The translations under genes and the position numbers were made by a program. From the NCBI GenBank assembly GCA_964036045.1, contig OZ038378.1, positions 70,804,001 to 70,868,000 on the forward strand: DNA of 64,000 nucleotides, written 5' to 3'. The DNA comes from Eutreptiella sp. 'Long Island Sound 2002'. Lineage: Eukaryota > Protista > Euglenida. Every line of letters begins with the position of its first letter. Position 1 is the stretch's first letter. Under the pieces are notes generated by a model. That model did no database searches. It saw only the letters and a program-made list of their open reading frames with translations, and was not told where the DNA came from. Below are positions 54,120-64,000 of the stretch, piece after piece.

Positions 54120-54800
54120 ATGCAGTCCAAAATTTGGATGGAGGGACTTATGGTGGCGCGCAAGACCCTAAAAAAGTGTCTAGCCACCACAATTCAGTAT
54201 CTGCCAAGGCCCTGTTCAAGGCAATGAGCACACTGTTGCCACATTCTGGGAAGAGATTGGCCGACAACATCATGCAATCATCAAGATACACACACAATGG
54301 CACATGCGCAGTCCAAAGTGATTGGGGGTCATCTTGTTGTGCTTGACCGCTGGCAAATCAAGGACCAAGCTCTCCGTTGGTTGCTCTTCCAAAACAGATT
54401 GACCAGGATGTTTGTGATGGCCATTCTCTTCGAGGATGCTATCATCCGCATCAATGTGACAACTCCGTATTTGTACGCACCTTTGCTAATGGGATGAATA
54501 GTTGCCTTCATGCCGGCTCTGGCATATGGTGCGGCAAAAACGGGCTATGGTTTGACATGCGGCACTTCAACGTGGCAGAGGTGGATGAGTCCGTTAGTAT
54601 TGGAAGATGATGGTCACAAAGGAGGACCTATCCTCGGAGGAAAGTATGACGTTGCACGCCAAAAATCTAGATTGTCTCGGGGGAATTCAGATGTATAATC
54701 TAACGAGAGGACAAGTCACTTTCATTCTCCCAAGTATCCGCCATCGCACGCCACTATATCTTTCGGATGCTTTTTGGCTAGTGTTTGAGTTGTTGGAGGT
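54120..54800 (+). pseudogene. Decayed UPF1-like helicase, copy I
   Basis: MEGLMVARKTL (~54137), LLPHSGKRLADNI (54233), Walker B FNVAEVDES (54566-54592). Confidence 0.55.
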
Positions 54801-55199
54801 CGCAAAGGACGCCCCTATGGAACACAGGGCTGTGTGGGCGAATTACTGCTTCAGGTACAGCAGTCTTGGTGTGAGCGGGTACATCCTTATCCCTGAAATG
54901 ACGAAGGAGTCCATCACAAACGACCTCCGGTGCCTTACTCATCTATGGCATGTACGCAACTAAGCAGTGCAGACAATCTACAACCTATACCCCGGTGCAA
55001 ACTACGTTCCAGCCATCATCCAGCTGCCAAATGCCGCCGACAAACAACAGAACCCAAGGAGTGGCGCAAGCGTTCCAACACATATAAGAAAGGTATCAGG
55101 TATCAAGTATCGGACACAGGCAATTTAGGCTTACCCAGACCATTCATAGGGTCTGGGGGGTCGCACCAAACGTGACCCTGCATAGGGCCGCGAAACGTT

Positions 55200-55915
55200 T
55201 TTTACCTAGCAAGACCGTTAATAGGGTCTTGGTACGTGCCCCTTTCTCCATTCATTCTACCCTAGCCCTTTCAAAGGATCTTGGGCTATACAAACCTACC
55301 TAGACCGCTCATAGATTCTTGGAAAGGGTACTACGCCACCTCTCTCTTGAAAGTCATTGCAGCCCAGACCCTTTAAGGGGTCTTGGGATATGGTAACCTA
55401 TCTAGACCGCCAATAGGGTCTTGGAAAGGTTGCTACGCGACCTCTCTTATCCAATTCACTGTACCGCAGACCCTTTAGAGGGTCTTGGGATATACAAATC
55501 TACCCAGACCCTCCATAGGGTCTTTGAAAGGTTAGGATGCCACCCCTTTTTTCACATTCATTCACCCTAGACCATTTGGAGGGTCTTAAGACGTACAAGC
55601 CTACCTAGACACTTTATAGGGTCTTGGAAAGGTTATCATGCTTCTCCAGCGTTCCATTTCAGATCTACTCCAGACCCTCTAGAGCGTCTTGGGACATACT
55701 GACCTTCCTAGACCATGAACAGGGTCCCTATACTGTCAGAACGCCACTGTTCCTTAAAAATCATACTACCCTAGACACGGTACTGGGTCCTGGGACATCC
55801 AAGCCTACCTAGACCCTTTCAGCGTCTCGCAGAGGTTATCACACCATCCCGCTCATCAGTAAAATATACCCTAGACCCTACATTGGGGCATAGGCCAAGG
55901 AGGTCTACCTAGGCG
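55200..55915. repeat. ~102-bp degenerate tandem array (~7 units), each unit with two AGACCC-n6-GGGTCT-type hairpins
   Basis: CCTACCTAGACC-like anchors at 55295, 55397, 55499, 55600, 55703, 55804, 55904. Confidence 0.85.
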
Positions 55916-56139
55916 CTCATATTGGGTAGGGCATTAACCCCGCTCCGCTCTTGCTCTCATTCTATTTCTTCTCATCATGGATGGGGAAGAGTAAGAACTA
56001 TTTACATGCACAGGCCAAATAGTCAGCCTTGCATTCAAAGGTAGTGTGTTAGTATATATGGTAGTATGGATAGGAATGCATTGTCCACACGTTCCAGATG
56101 CCTCGCCGGATATTACTTACAGCAATGGACTTGGGCCGC

Positions 56140-56300
56140 CTCGCTCCCCTGTCGCTATACTGTCGCCTCCCTGTCGCCTCCCTGTCGCTTTTTTGGCACT
56201 TTTGGCCCCCTGTCGCTCCCCTGTCGCTTGCCTGTCGCTTCCCTGTCGCTCTCCTGTCGCTCTCCTGTCGCTCCCCTGTCGCTCTCCTGTTGCTTTCCTG
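56140..56300 (+). repeat. (CTCCTGTCGC)-type 9-10-bp array, left cluster
   Basis: Read directly. Confidence 0.9.
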
Positions 56301-56400
56301 CCGCCCTCCTGAGTTTTTCAACTGCAATCATATTCGGCCAATCATAGCACACGCAGACACTCAAACACTGAAAGGACACAGCAGGCGCCCACACTCAACT

Positions 56401-56622
56401 GAGACTGACAGCACGCGCCGACACTCAAAGGACACTCACAGCACGCGCCGACACTCAAATGACCCTCAAGGACACTGACAGCACGCGCCCACACTCAAAT
56501 GACACTCACAGCACGCGCAAACACTCAAACGACACTCACAGCACGCGCTGACACGGAAATGACACTCACAGCACGCGCGAACACGCAAATGACACTCACA
56601 GCACGCGGGAACACTCAAATAA
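56401..56622 (+). repeat. 30-bp minisatellite (GACACTCACAGCACGCGCNNACACTCAAAT) x~7
   Basis: Read directly. Confidence 0.95.
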
Positions 56623-57324
56623 CAGTCAGAGCAAGCACCAGCACCAGCAGCAGCAAGCTGTAGCACCACCACCAGCAAGCAGCAGCAGCTCTAGTAGCAA
56701 GCAGCCGCAGATCCGACACACACGGCGGCAGCGGCAGCTTCAGCAGCAGCAGCGGCAAGCATCCCTTGGACCTCGGCCCCGTCTTCTGTTCTTTTTCTTT
56801 TCTTTCTTCTCCTCTCTGCTCCTTCCTCTTGTGCTCCTTCTTCGTCCTCTTCGTCACCTTCTTTCTGTCTTCATATTATTCCCTCCTGTTCTTCTACTCC
56901 TTCTTCTTCACTTGCTTCCTGTGTCGCCCTGCACACACAGAACGGACAGAAAAATTCAACCACTAATCTTAATCAAACGGAACAGACACAAAACGAAATT
57001 GAACAGTTGCAAATTGCATAACTGTACGCCATTTTCTGCATAGCGGTTAGGGATTACCGGACGGCTTGCTCGCTGCAAGTTTTTCACTTAAACCATCATT
57101 ATGTCACAAAGCAAAGATATTTTTTCTGTTGGAAAACAGTGGAATGTAGTGATTCCTAAAAAGATTTAAATTCACCAAACGCTAAAAATCCTTCTCTGAA
57201 ACAATGAAATGACATCTTAATAAGAATCCAAATAAATGTTAAACATTGGTTCTCATTGTCTTAGACATACATCCACCTATATAAAAATCCATGTACTATT
57301 TTGTCTCACTTGTTGTCTTCCACA

Positions 57325-57787
57325 TGCCTGTCGCGCTCCTGTCGCACCCCTGTCGCCTTCCTGTCGCCTTCCTGTCGCCTTACTGTTTCAAAAAAAACAC
57401 CCTGCCGCTCTCCTGTCGCTCTCCTGTGGCTCTCATGTCGCTCTCCTGTCGCTTTCTCCTGTCGCTTCCCTGTCGCTTCCCTGTCGCCGCTAGCCCTGTT
57501 GCCCTCCCGTCGTCTTCCTTTCGCTTTCCTGTCGCTTATCCTGTCGCTATGTCTTGTTTCCTGTCGCTTCCCTGTCGTCTCGCTGTCGCCACCCTGTCGC
57601 CGCTCTGTCGCCGTCCTGTCACCCTCCTGTCGCAGCCCTCCTGTCGCCTTCCTGTCGCCTGCCTGTCGCTTTCTGTTGCTTTCCCTGTTTTCCTGCCGCT
57701 TTCCTCTCGTCTTCCTGTCGCCTCCCTGTCGTCTTCCTCTCGCCACCCTGTCGCCTTCCTGTCCCTCCTTGCCGCATTTCACTGTCA
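57325..57787 (-). repeat. (CCTGTCGC) array forming the start of the putative 3' LTR of the chromovirus
   Basis: On the - strand a purine tract GAGGGAGG (57795-57788) is followed by TGACAG (from 57787), just after the chromodomain stop. Confidence 0.6.
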
Positions 57788-57815
57788 CCTCCCTCGCGTG
57801 GCCTGAATCTAGTAT

Positions 57816-60300
57816 CTAAGGCTTGTTTGCGGTTGTATGCCACCCATGCATCTGTGATCGGGTGCATGACTGCCTCACCGGCTGCCATTCTGGCTTATTA
57901 TACCTCTGACATCTAGCTAGCCAGCGCGATTCTGTTTTCCTCCCTTTTGGGGCATGCGGTAAGATTTCTCTGAGTACCCAATCAGGTGAGTTGCCCACAA
58001 ATGAGGCATCTGTGTCGTAGTGCAGATGGGGCGAATAGCAATCGGATGGCCCTGTGTATGATGTCATATGCACATTGTGAAGAACTTGCTGAACTCCCTT
58101 TTCCGTAATAACCCATAGTGACCCGCCCCTTTGTTGGACCTTATGCGGCCCTTTCCATAACCTCTCCAACTTGGTGGATTGACGGTCGCCCTGTTGTGGA
58201 TTGACACACACCCAGACTTCCTCCGCTTCTTTATATAAATGTTTAGGGTGACGTTTCAGGAAGTTGGCTGCTTCTTTGCGTTGAACTTCAGCTAGCCTGT
58301 CCTTAACCATCTTACCGTCCTTAACCAGCTGTATAAAAATGTGGCAGCATCGGCCCTACCGGTTTTTGGGTTGGTCAGTGGCAGGTCCCTGAAGACAGCA
58401 GGCTCCCTGCGACACACAATTCTGTGTGGGGACACTCTGACACGGGCCCCGGTATATCATTCAAGGCCGAGCAAGCAAAGTGCAGTAGCCGCAGCCAGTA
58501 CCTGGAGCATTTTTGTCGTCAAAAATTCCTGATACTATCAACAACCAACCGTACTGCGTTTTCACCTCGTCCGTTAGCCTCGGGTTTATATAGTGGCGCC
58601 ATGTGATTCTCTACTCCACACAGCTGGCAATAGTGTTGAAACCACTCGCTGTTGATCAATTTATCGTGATCACTATATATTTCTTTGGGGAGTCCCAAAA
58701 GTGAAAACATTCGTGTGACAAACAGGTTAGCAACGTCCTCCTTCATCATGTTGCTAATACAGGGCACAGCCGTGATGTAACGTGACAGTTTACATACCAC
58801 TACCAAGGCCTGGTCAGATGTCTGATTCCCAACTTGGAGAGGGTCGCCTTTAAACGAGACAGCGTCAACAACGACTGAATGAAAATGTCATCAGGAACGG
58901 GATAGCGCTCCATGGTGTCAGGCTGAACGCCTCGAGTGTGGTTGACTGCCTGCCAACCTGACCGGCTTTAACAATACTCTGTACTTCGTGTTTGATGTCA
59001 CAATCCGGAACGGGTTCCTGGACGATGATCACATACTGTTGTTTGAACGTTTGCATTGTCTTCTATATCCGGGGATGTGCATGTGTGTGCATTCCTGTCG
59101 ACACCTGTCGAAGGATGATCATTCGCACACCAATTTTTCCTTTATGGCCTAAAATGTCCTTATCTGGTGTGACGTGTGAATCATCATTATGCTGACCATG
59201 TTTATTCAGCTTCAACACACGCCATGTACCTTTAAAACATTTGCCTGTCTTATAGTACTCGTCCAATGCGTGATGCAGAAAGTGTATAACAGGTCGAGGG
59301 GTGCCTGTTCCATGCCATGAAAGGTGAAGAGCAGTCCTCCCAGACGGGAGTTTACTCAGCCCATGATCCTTCGAATCAAGGGAAAGGAGCCTATAGGGGG
59401 GGTTCAACTACTGCTGGACTGCGTTTATGGATCCCTCATATAGTTGAGCATCTCCCTCTGATGGGTGTGACAGGTGTGAATACTCCTATGGAGAAAGTGC
59501 ATGTCCGATGAATGTGTCTCAGTCAACCTCATCCTCATCTAAAGCTCCTGACGTTTGTTTGAGTCCTTTTGAAGCAGTACCACAATCCTTAAGGAGTCGT
59601 AATGCCTTCACTGGAAAATTGACAACTTCTCTGGTCATGCATCGTACCGCTGAAGGCGCCGAAGGCTTCCGGGTACCTGTGTCGCAACAACGTTTGCCTT
59701 TCTGCACACTCCTTTTGTGCCTCTGCTGACCCCCTTGCGAGGTCCCGGTGCGAAATACAAAAATTGGTGTCCTCGGCAGCCTCTGCTGGGTATGCCCATC
59801 TGGATAGCGTGTCTGCTTCCTCATTATTCACACCGGCGTTGTATTCTATCATAATATTGAACCAACTAAGAAATTTGGGCCACCGGCCCTTCTACCGTAA
59901 GTTCCGGATATTGTGCACCCATTCCCCTTATACCATTGTACTATACTACGGTGATCTTGACCACTACCGCGGAAATCCAAATCGAATTTTGAATTTTTCA
60001 AACTCAGCATACCAGTGTATGGGTCGCCTTCTCCCTTGGTATAAGCCCCGTTCGGCCCAAATGTTTTACTTTTTGCCGTACACCTTGAAGCTTGCGTGAA
60101 AAATATCCCAAAGGCGTCCATTCCCAGTAAGAAAAAGTGCTTTTCCAATGCTTTAGGGTATACGTTCGTTGTATTAGAGGTGCTCTAAGCACTCATGCAT
60201 TTTTTTCTTAGTATTGGCCCAACCAAAGTGGGTGATAATACATTTAGACCTGTCCACGTAGTGTGGAACCACTGCTTGAATGCACTTTCTGAGTGTCTAT
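57816..60300 (-). mobile_element. pol: Ty3/gypsy chromovirus pol remnant (RNase H - integrase - chromodomain); RT/PR/gag missing
   Basis: WTPLGYFSRKL, IEYNAGVNNEEADTLSRW (RNase H); PKEIYSDHD, EANGRGENAVR (integrase); KLERLWKGPHKV (GPF/Y-like); WVLREIL..RWLARCQRYNKPEWQP (chromodomain); many frameshifts. Confidence 0.9.
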
Positions 60301-60441
60301 TTTTTTTCGATTTCAGCGATTTTCTAATGCAGGGACCTGGGCAAGTCCAGAAAAACTGCAGCCGCTGATCCCAATTCGCCAGCTGCCTGAACGAAGCTTC
60401 CAGCCTCAGTACTTACCAGTACAGAATATCGCAAGCGGCAA

Positions 60442-61632
60442 ATGGTGCTGCTGCACGAAGCCGCAGCTGCGCAACTTTCTGTGGCCTGTCAAACGCTACT
60501 GCAAGCAATACAGCAACTGCAACTGTATCTCAAGCAAGAACAAACCACAGCAACGCTTTTGAAGAACTTATCGCGTTTTCCCAGAGTGCCTGTACAACGA
60601 CTCCAACGACTGTCAGTGTCTACTATAACTGCCTCGCACTGTCACACCGCTGCTGTCGCCTCTTCAGTCAAGAATGAGTCTCCAGACGATCGCTCCCAGG
60701 ACAACGACAAGAGCTTGGCGGCAACCGTTACAGAAACGCCGTCAACACAAAAGGAGCACCCTGACACTAAACAAGCAGTGCCGAGTACAAGGACGCGCAA
60801 ATCATTTTCCACTTCGTCGCCACGGTTTACTTCCTGTCCTTCACTCAGTATCAAAGCAAATCACGACAAGGAGTCCAACACTTTCGCGCCGGTGAGCACA
60901 AGGAGGCAACAAAATACTCGAATCACGGAATCCGCCTTCGCAACAGCAAACCCGTTTTCTGTGCTGAACACTCAAAACGCCAAACAGTTGACATCGTCGG
61001 CATGGGACACACGGACAGCAAACAAGACAATTCGGAGTGGTAAACATCGTACCGCAGCGAAAGAAGGAGAAGCTACGACCACACAAGTGAGTACACACTG
61101 CGTTCAAAGAATACAGCGAGTCCAACGCAGTAACAAGTACGCTCGGAAGTTCGGTGCTAAGAAAGGAGCTCCAAATTGCAGGACGCGCGCCGAAATTGGT
61201 CCGACAATTTATCAACACAGCCTAGCAGGCCCTCCCTTGAACGTCTGGGACGCTAGCGCAGCCATTTTGAGCGCGCCTCAACTCGCCACACCGACTAAAA
61301 ACAAGTCGCGGCCAGCACTCAATACTCTGAAACAGCCCGAGGCCTCTCACTCGACGCCAACCACAAAACCACACGAAGGAGACACCAAAGTATCCGATCT
61401 CGGTGACGAACGCACATCAGTGAGTTGGTTTAAGGACGACTTGGGAGACTACCATCTCTGCAGCGAAGCGGAGGTGGACACCTACACCTTATTTCATCGA
61501 AGGCTAACGGATGCAGAAGTCGACGAGAGTCCAATCAAGGAAGAGACCGACCTTCTGATTCAACTCAGATATATGAAACCATGTAACACCGGTAACTTTT
61601 ATTACTGGTCAGAAGACCTCTCCACATCATGA
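60442..61632 (+). CDS. 396-aa orphan ORF, Ser/Thr/Ala/Lys-rich with an acidic C-terminus
   Basis: Longest uninterrupted ORF in the window; no recognisable domain. Confidence 0.45.
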   Translation: MVLLHEAAAAQLSVACQTLLQAIQQLQLYLKQEQTTATLLKNLSRFPRVPVQRLQRLSVSTITASHCHTAAVASSVKNESPDDRSQDNDKSLAATVTETPSTQKEHPDTKQAVPSTRTRKSFSTSSPRFTSCPSLSIKANHDKESNTFAPVSTRRQQNTRITESAFATANPFSVLNTQNAKQLTSSAWDTRTANKTIRSGKHRTAAKEGEATTTQVSTHCVQRIQRVQRSNKYARKFGAKKGAPNCRTRAEIGPTIYQHSLAGPPLNVWDASAAILSAPQLATPTKNKSRPALNTLKQPEASHSTPTTKPHEGDTKVSDLGDERTSVSWFKDDLGDYHLCSEAEVDTYTLFHRRLTDAEVDESPIKEETDLLIQLRYMKPCNTGNFYYWSEDLSTS

Positions 61633-61876
61633 ATAATCTCTCATTTACTGATGTAAATTTTGACCCAGTCAGCAACGGCCTATTTTTGCAAAAGGGCCTC
61701 GCAGCATGCCTTCTCTAGGTGCAAATACAACTACCTTTGTGTCAGATTATGTATGCTGTGGCTTGAGTTGCCAATTTGCCGCAGTGAATTTTTCACCACA
61801 CACACCAGCTCACACAAGTATGTTGGTTATCCATCTAATACTCCATGTTGTGAAATGACTTTGTAATCTGCAACTC

Positions 61877-62026
61877 AATCACAGTGAGACTGATTATATA
61901 ATGAATTTTTCATCTTATGTCAGTTTGCTTTGCCCTCTGTATTTCATTTGAAATCACATTGAGACTGATTATATAATGAGTTTTTCATCTTATGTCAGTT
62001 TGCTTTGCCCTCTGTATTTCATTTCA
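61877..62026 (+). repeat. 75-bp near-perfect direct duplication
   Basis: AATCACA(G/T)TGAGACTGATTATATAATGA...TTTCATTT at 61877 and 61952. Confidence 0.95.
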
Positions 62027-62818
62027 AAACCATAGTGTGGCTTTTCCCCTAGGGGTGAAACTACAGGTGGTCTTCAAAAACAGAGTGGAGATGCAGTCCA
62101 CAAAGGTACTTCCATGATCACTTCACATTATGTCTTTTCACACTCAAAATCTATACCTCACAACTGACACACTCGCACCAGGTCTACGCCGGTGGTACAT
62201 CGGGTACGCAACGGCTGCACGCCAGGTGTACACCAGGTACATAAAGTACACACCACATACACTGGTACACACCAAGTCCACAACATACGCACCAGGTACA
62301 CACCAGATGCACACCAAGTACACATCTTGTTCAGAAATAAACTATCAACCCATCAATCAATTTTACCACGCCACCATCGTCTGTCATTAACTCAAATCTC
62401 TGCAGCTACGCTGCTTATCCTGGGTGCACCCTGGTGGCCCAGTGGCCTTAAGAAAGCCAAGCACTCCCCATTTTCTATTCCAACTACTATGCTATTCGCC
62501 ACATATCTCTCCACATCCACACTCGGGCCTCCAAAGCCCATCAGTTACTTCAGTACATTGTACATACTATTTCAGTGTGTATCTTATTCTCCGTACTGTT
62601 CCGCACTGATAAATTTTGTGACGTCTTAAAAATACATTTAGACCAATGGAACCAAACACTAAATCAGGATGTAGTGTGGACCCCTTTATCCCCAAGCTAT
62701 AGGGATTAAAACATCTTTTCCTGGGTTGCTGAGGCACTGATATACTGAAGGCAGAGCCCATGAATTTCTCTATGTTTTCTCATGAATTCTTAGCTATCCT
62801 ACTGGTATGCACCCTAGG

Positions 62819-62871
62819 GGGCTGGGGCACCTCTTTTTCAGAGGTCCTGGGTTCAATACCCAGTCAGCCTA
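62819..62871 (+). tRNA. tRNA-derived fragment/pseudogene (T-arm and acceptor stem, D/anticodon arms deleted)
   Basis: GAGGTC-CTGGG-TTCAATA-CCCAG perfect T-arm with B-box; GGGCTGG can pair with TCAGCCT; only ~15 nt lie between. Confidence 0.45.
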
Positions 62872-63310
62872 GCTAAGTAGGATAATCCCATGTGACATGG
62901 CAGTGACCTCATCGCCACAAGCAATGCCACCTCAGCACCTATGGGACCCGAAAACAAAGAGTACACATCTCAAGATGGCACTGTGGATGAGCGTGAGCCC
63001 TTGGGGCAGTTTTCCAATCAGTTTTTCTCAAACATGTGAAATACTTCATCCTGAGTTGCAATGTATGCTAATTGCTGTGGTCTATTGTTGATAGTTCTCT
63101 TTATCTAACTCTTTGTCACTGCAGCCCTTCATGCTTTGATCCTGTTTATCTTCTAGTTGCTTATCTCTGGCTTGCGTTATCCTGGATTGGTTGTATTTTA
63201 ACAATAAAACATTTTCCTTATCAAAAGCAAGCAGCAGGAACCCTACACCAGCAGCAAGCAGCAGGAGAGGCACAACAAAAACACATTGTTGAAACCACTA
63301 TAAAACGTTC

Positions 63311-63322
63311 TGGTAGCAAAGG
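63311..63322 (+). promoter_or_regulatory. Putative LTR-retrotransposon primer-binding site (tRNA-iMet type)
   Basis: TGGTAGCAAAGG, one mismatch from TGGTAGCAGAGG; AATAAA ~105 nt upstream; ORF begins 97 nt downstream. Confidence 0.55.
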
Positions 63323-63407
63323 CAGACTGTCTCTGCGTACCGGCAGCAACCCCGTGCCGTACATCTAGTGCGCCGAGATCTGTCATATATGAGCAAGAAG
63401 GGCGAAT

Positions 63408-64000
63408 ATGGACACAAAGAAGGAGGACACCGACGTGAGGACGGCGCCTGAGGCACCAGCAATGCCAGCACATGGTGAACCTGGACCTGGACCTAGCGCT
63501 GTACCTTCGGTGCCCTTACATGGGCCAGTGGACGTGGCGAATGATTCGCTGGAAGGATTTCAGTCAGCCTTCCGGGCCCTCTCAGTCGAGGAGGTGGACA
63601 CCAAACCTGTGAAGAGAAAGAGGGAGAGAGAGAAGGATGCAGGAGAAAGCATGACAGACGAAGGAGTAGACCATGGGCAAGACCCGACGAGTGACTCGAC
63701 CTTCGAAGGCACACCAAGCGCCTCTGGCCTCCACGCATCACCCTCTCCTACAACCACCACACTCCCAACTCCAGACCCAGCCGCTACAACATCCACACCC
63801 ATAACCACCCTGCCTATGGCGGAGGGCACAGGCCTTACTGGTATGCCTACCTACCCTGCCTATGGTGTGAACCCACCTACCACTGCGTTTCCAGAGGCAA
63901 CTACAACCAGTGAGCCGGTGGCCTCCAGTTCTGCGCCGCGATGGTTTGCGGCTGACTATTTCCATCCTCTACCCACTACGGGAGCCTATGTGGATGTTTC
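63408..64000 (+). CDS. 5' part of an open ORF running off the window (MDTKKEDTDVRTAPEAP...), probably gag-like
   Basis: 197 codons without a stop from ATG 63408 to the window end; position right after the PBS. Confidence 0.55.
   Translation, partial: MDTKKEDTDVRTAPEAPAMPAHGEPGPGPSAVPSVPLHGPVDVANDSLEGFQSAFRALSVEEVDTKPVKRKREREKDAGESMTDEGVDHGQDPTSDSTFEGTPSASGLHASPSPTTTTLPTPDPAATTSTPITTLPMAEGTGLTGMPTYPAYGVNPPTTAFPEATTTSEPVASSSAPRWFAADYFHPLPTTGAYVDV

Noticed and set aside
55200-55915. TPR-like protein (102 bp = 34 codons)
   Set aside because: Recurrent stops at equivalent positions in the frames checked, the period drifts from 100 to 103, and there is no TPR pattern.
56466-56678. Cys-rich metallothionein-like ORF (ACCECH repeats)
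   Set aside because: Simply the translation of the 30-bp minisatellite; no independent coding evidence.
62819-62871. Functional tRNA gene
   Set aside because: No D or anticodon arm; kept only as a fragment.

Overview
Repeat-saturated eukaryotic nuclear DNA. Evidence is GT-AG introns, microsatellites and a chromovirus-type LTR retrotransposon, with no operons, rRNA or CRISPR; the host cannot be named from sequence alone. No intact recognisable host gene is present. Most of the TG/CA-rich background between younger GC-rich insertions appears to be 10 or more heavily decayed copies, on both strands, of a UPF1/DNA2-family SF1 helicase gene, recognised by colinear motif remnants read by eye. Embedded in this are: (i) a ~5 kb GC-rich element with a spliced pseudogene carrying a 2OG-Fe(II) dioxygenase-like HxD...H domain, an AT-hook and a coiled coil, a DDE-transposase tail, and TTCGCGCGAA palindromes at each module boundary; (ii) a decayed RAG1/Transib-like DDE transposase followed by a spliced gene with a Tudor-like domain; (iii) a ~2 kb imperfect palindrome; (iv) the 3' half of a chromovirus pol whose LTR begins with a minisatellite; (v) a 396-aa orphan ORF; and (vi) a tRNA-iMet-type PBS followed by an ORF running off the window end. 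All protein-family calls come from manual motif matching across frameshifts and stops and need HMM confirmation.
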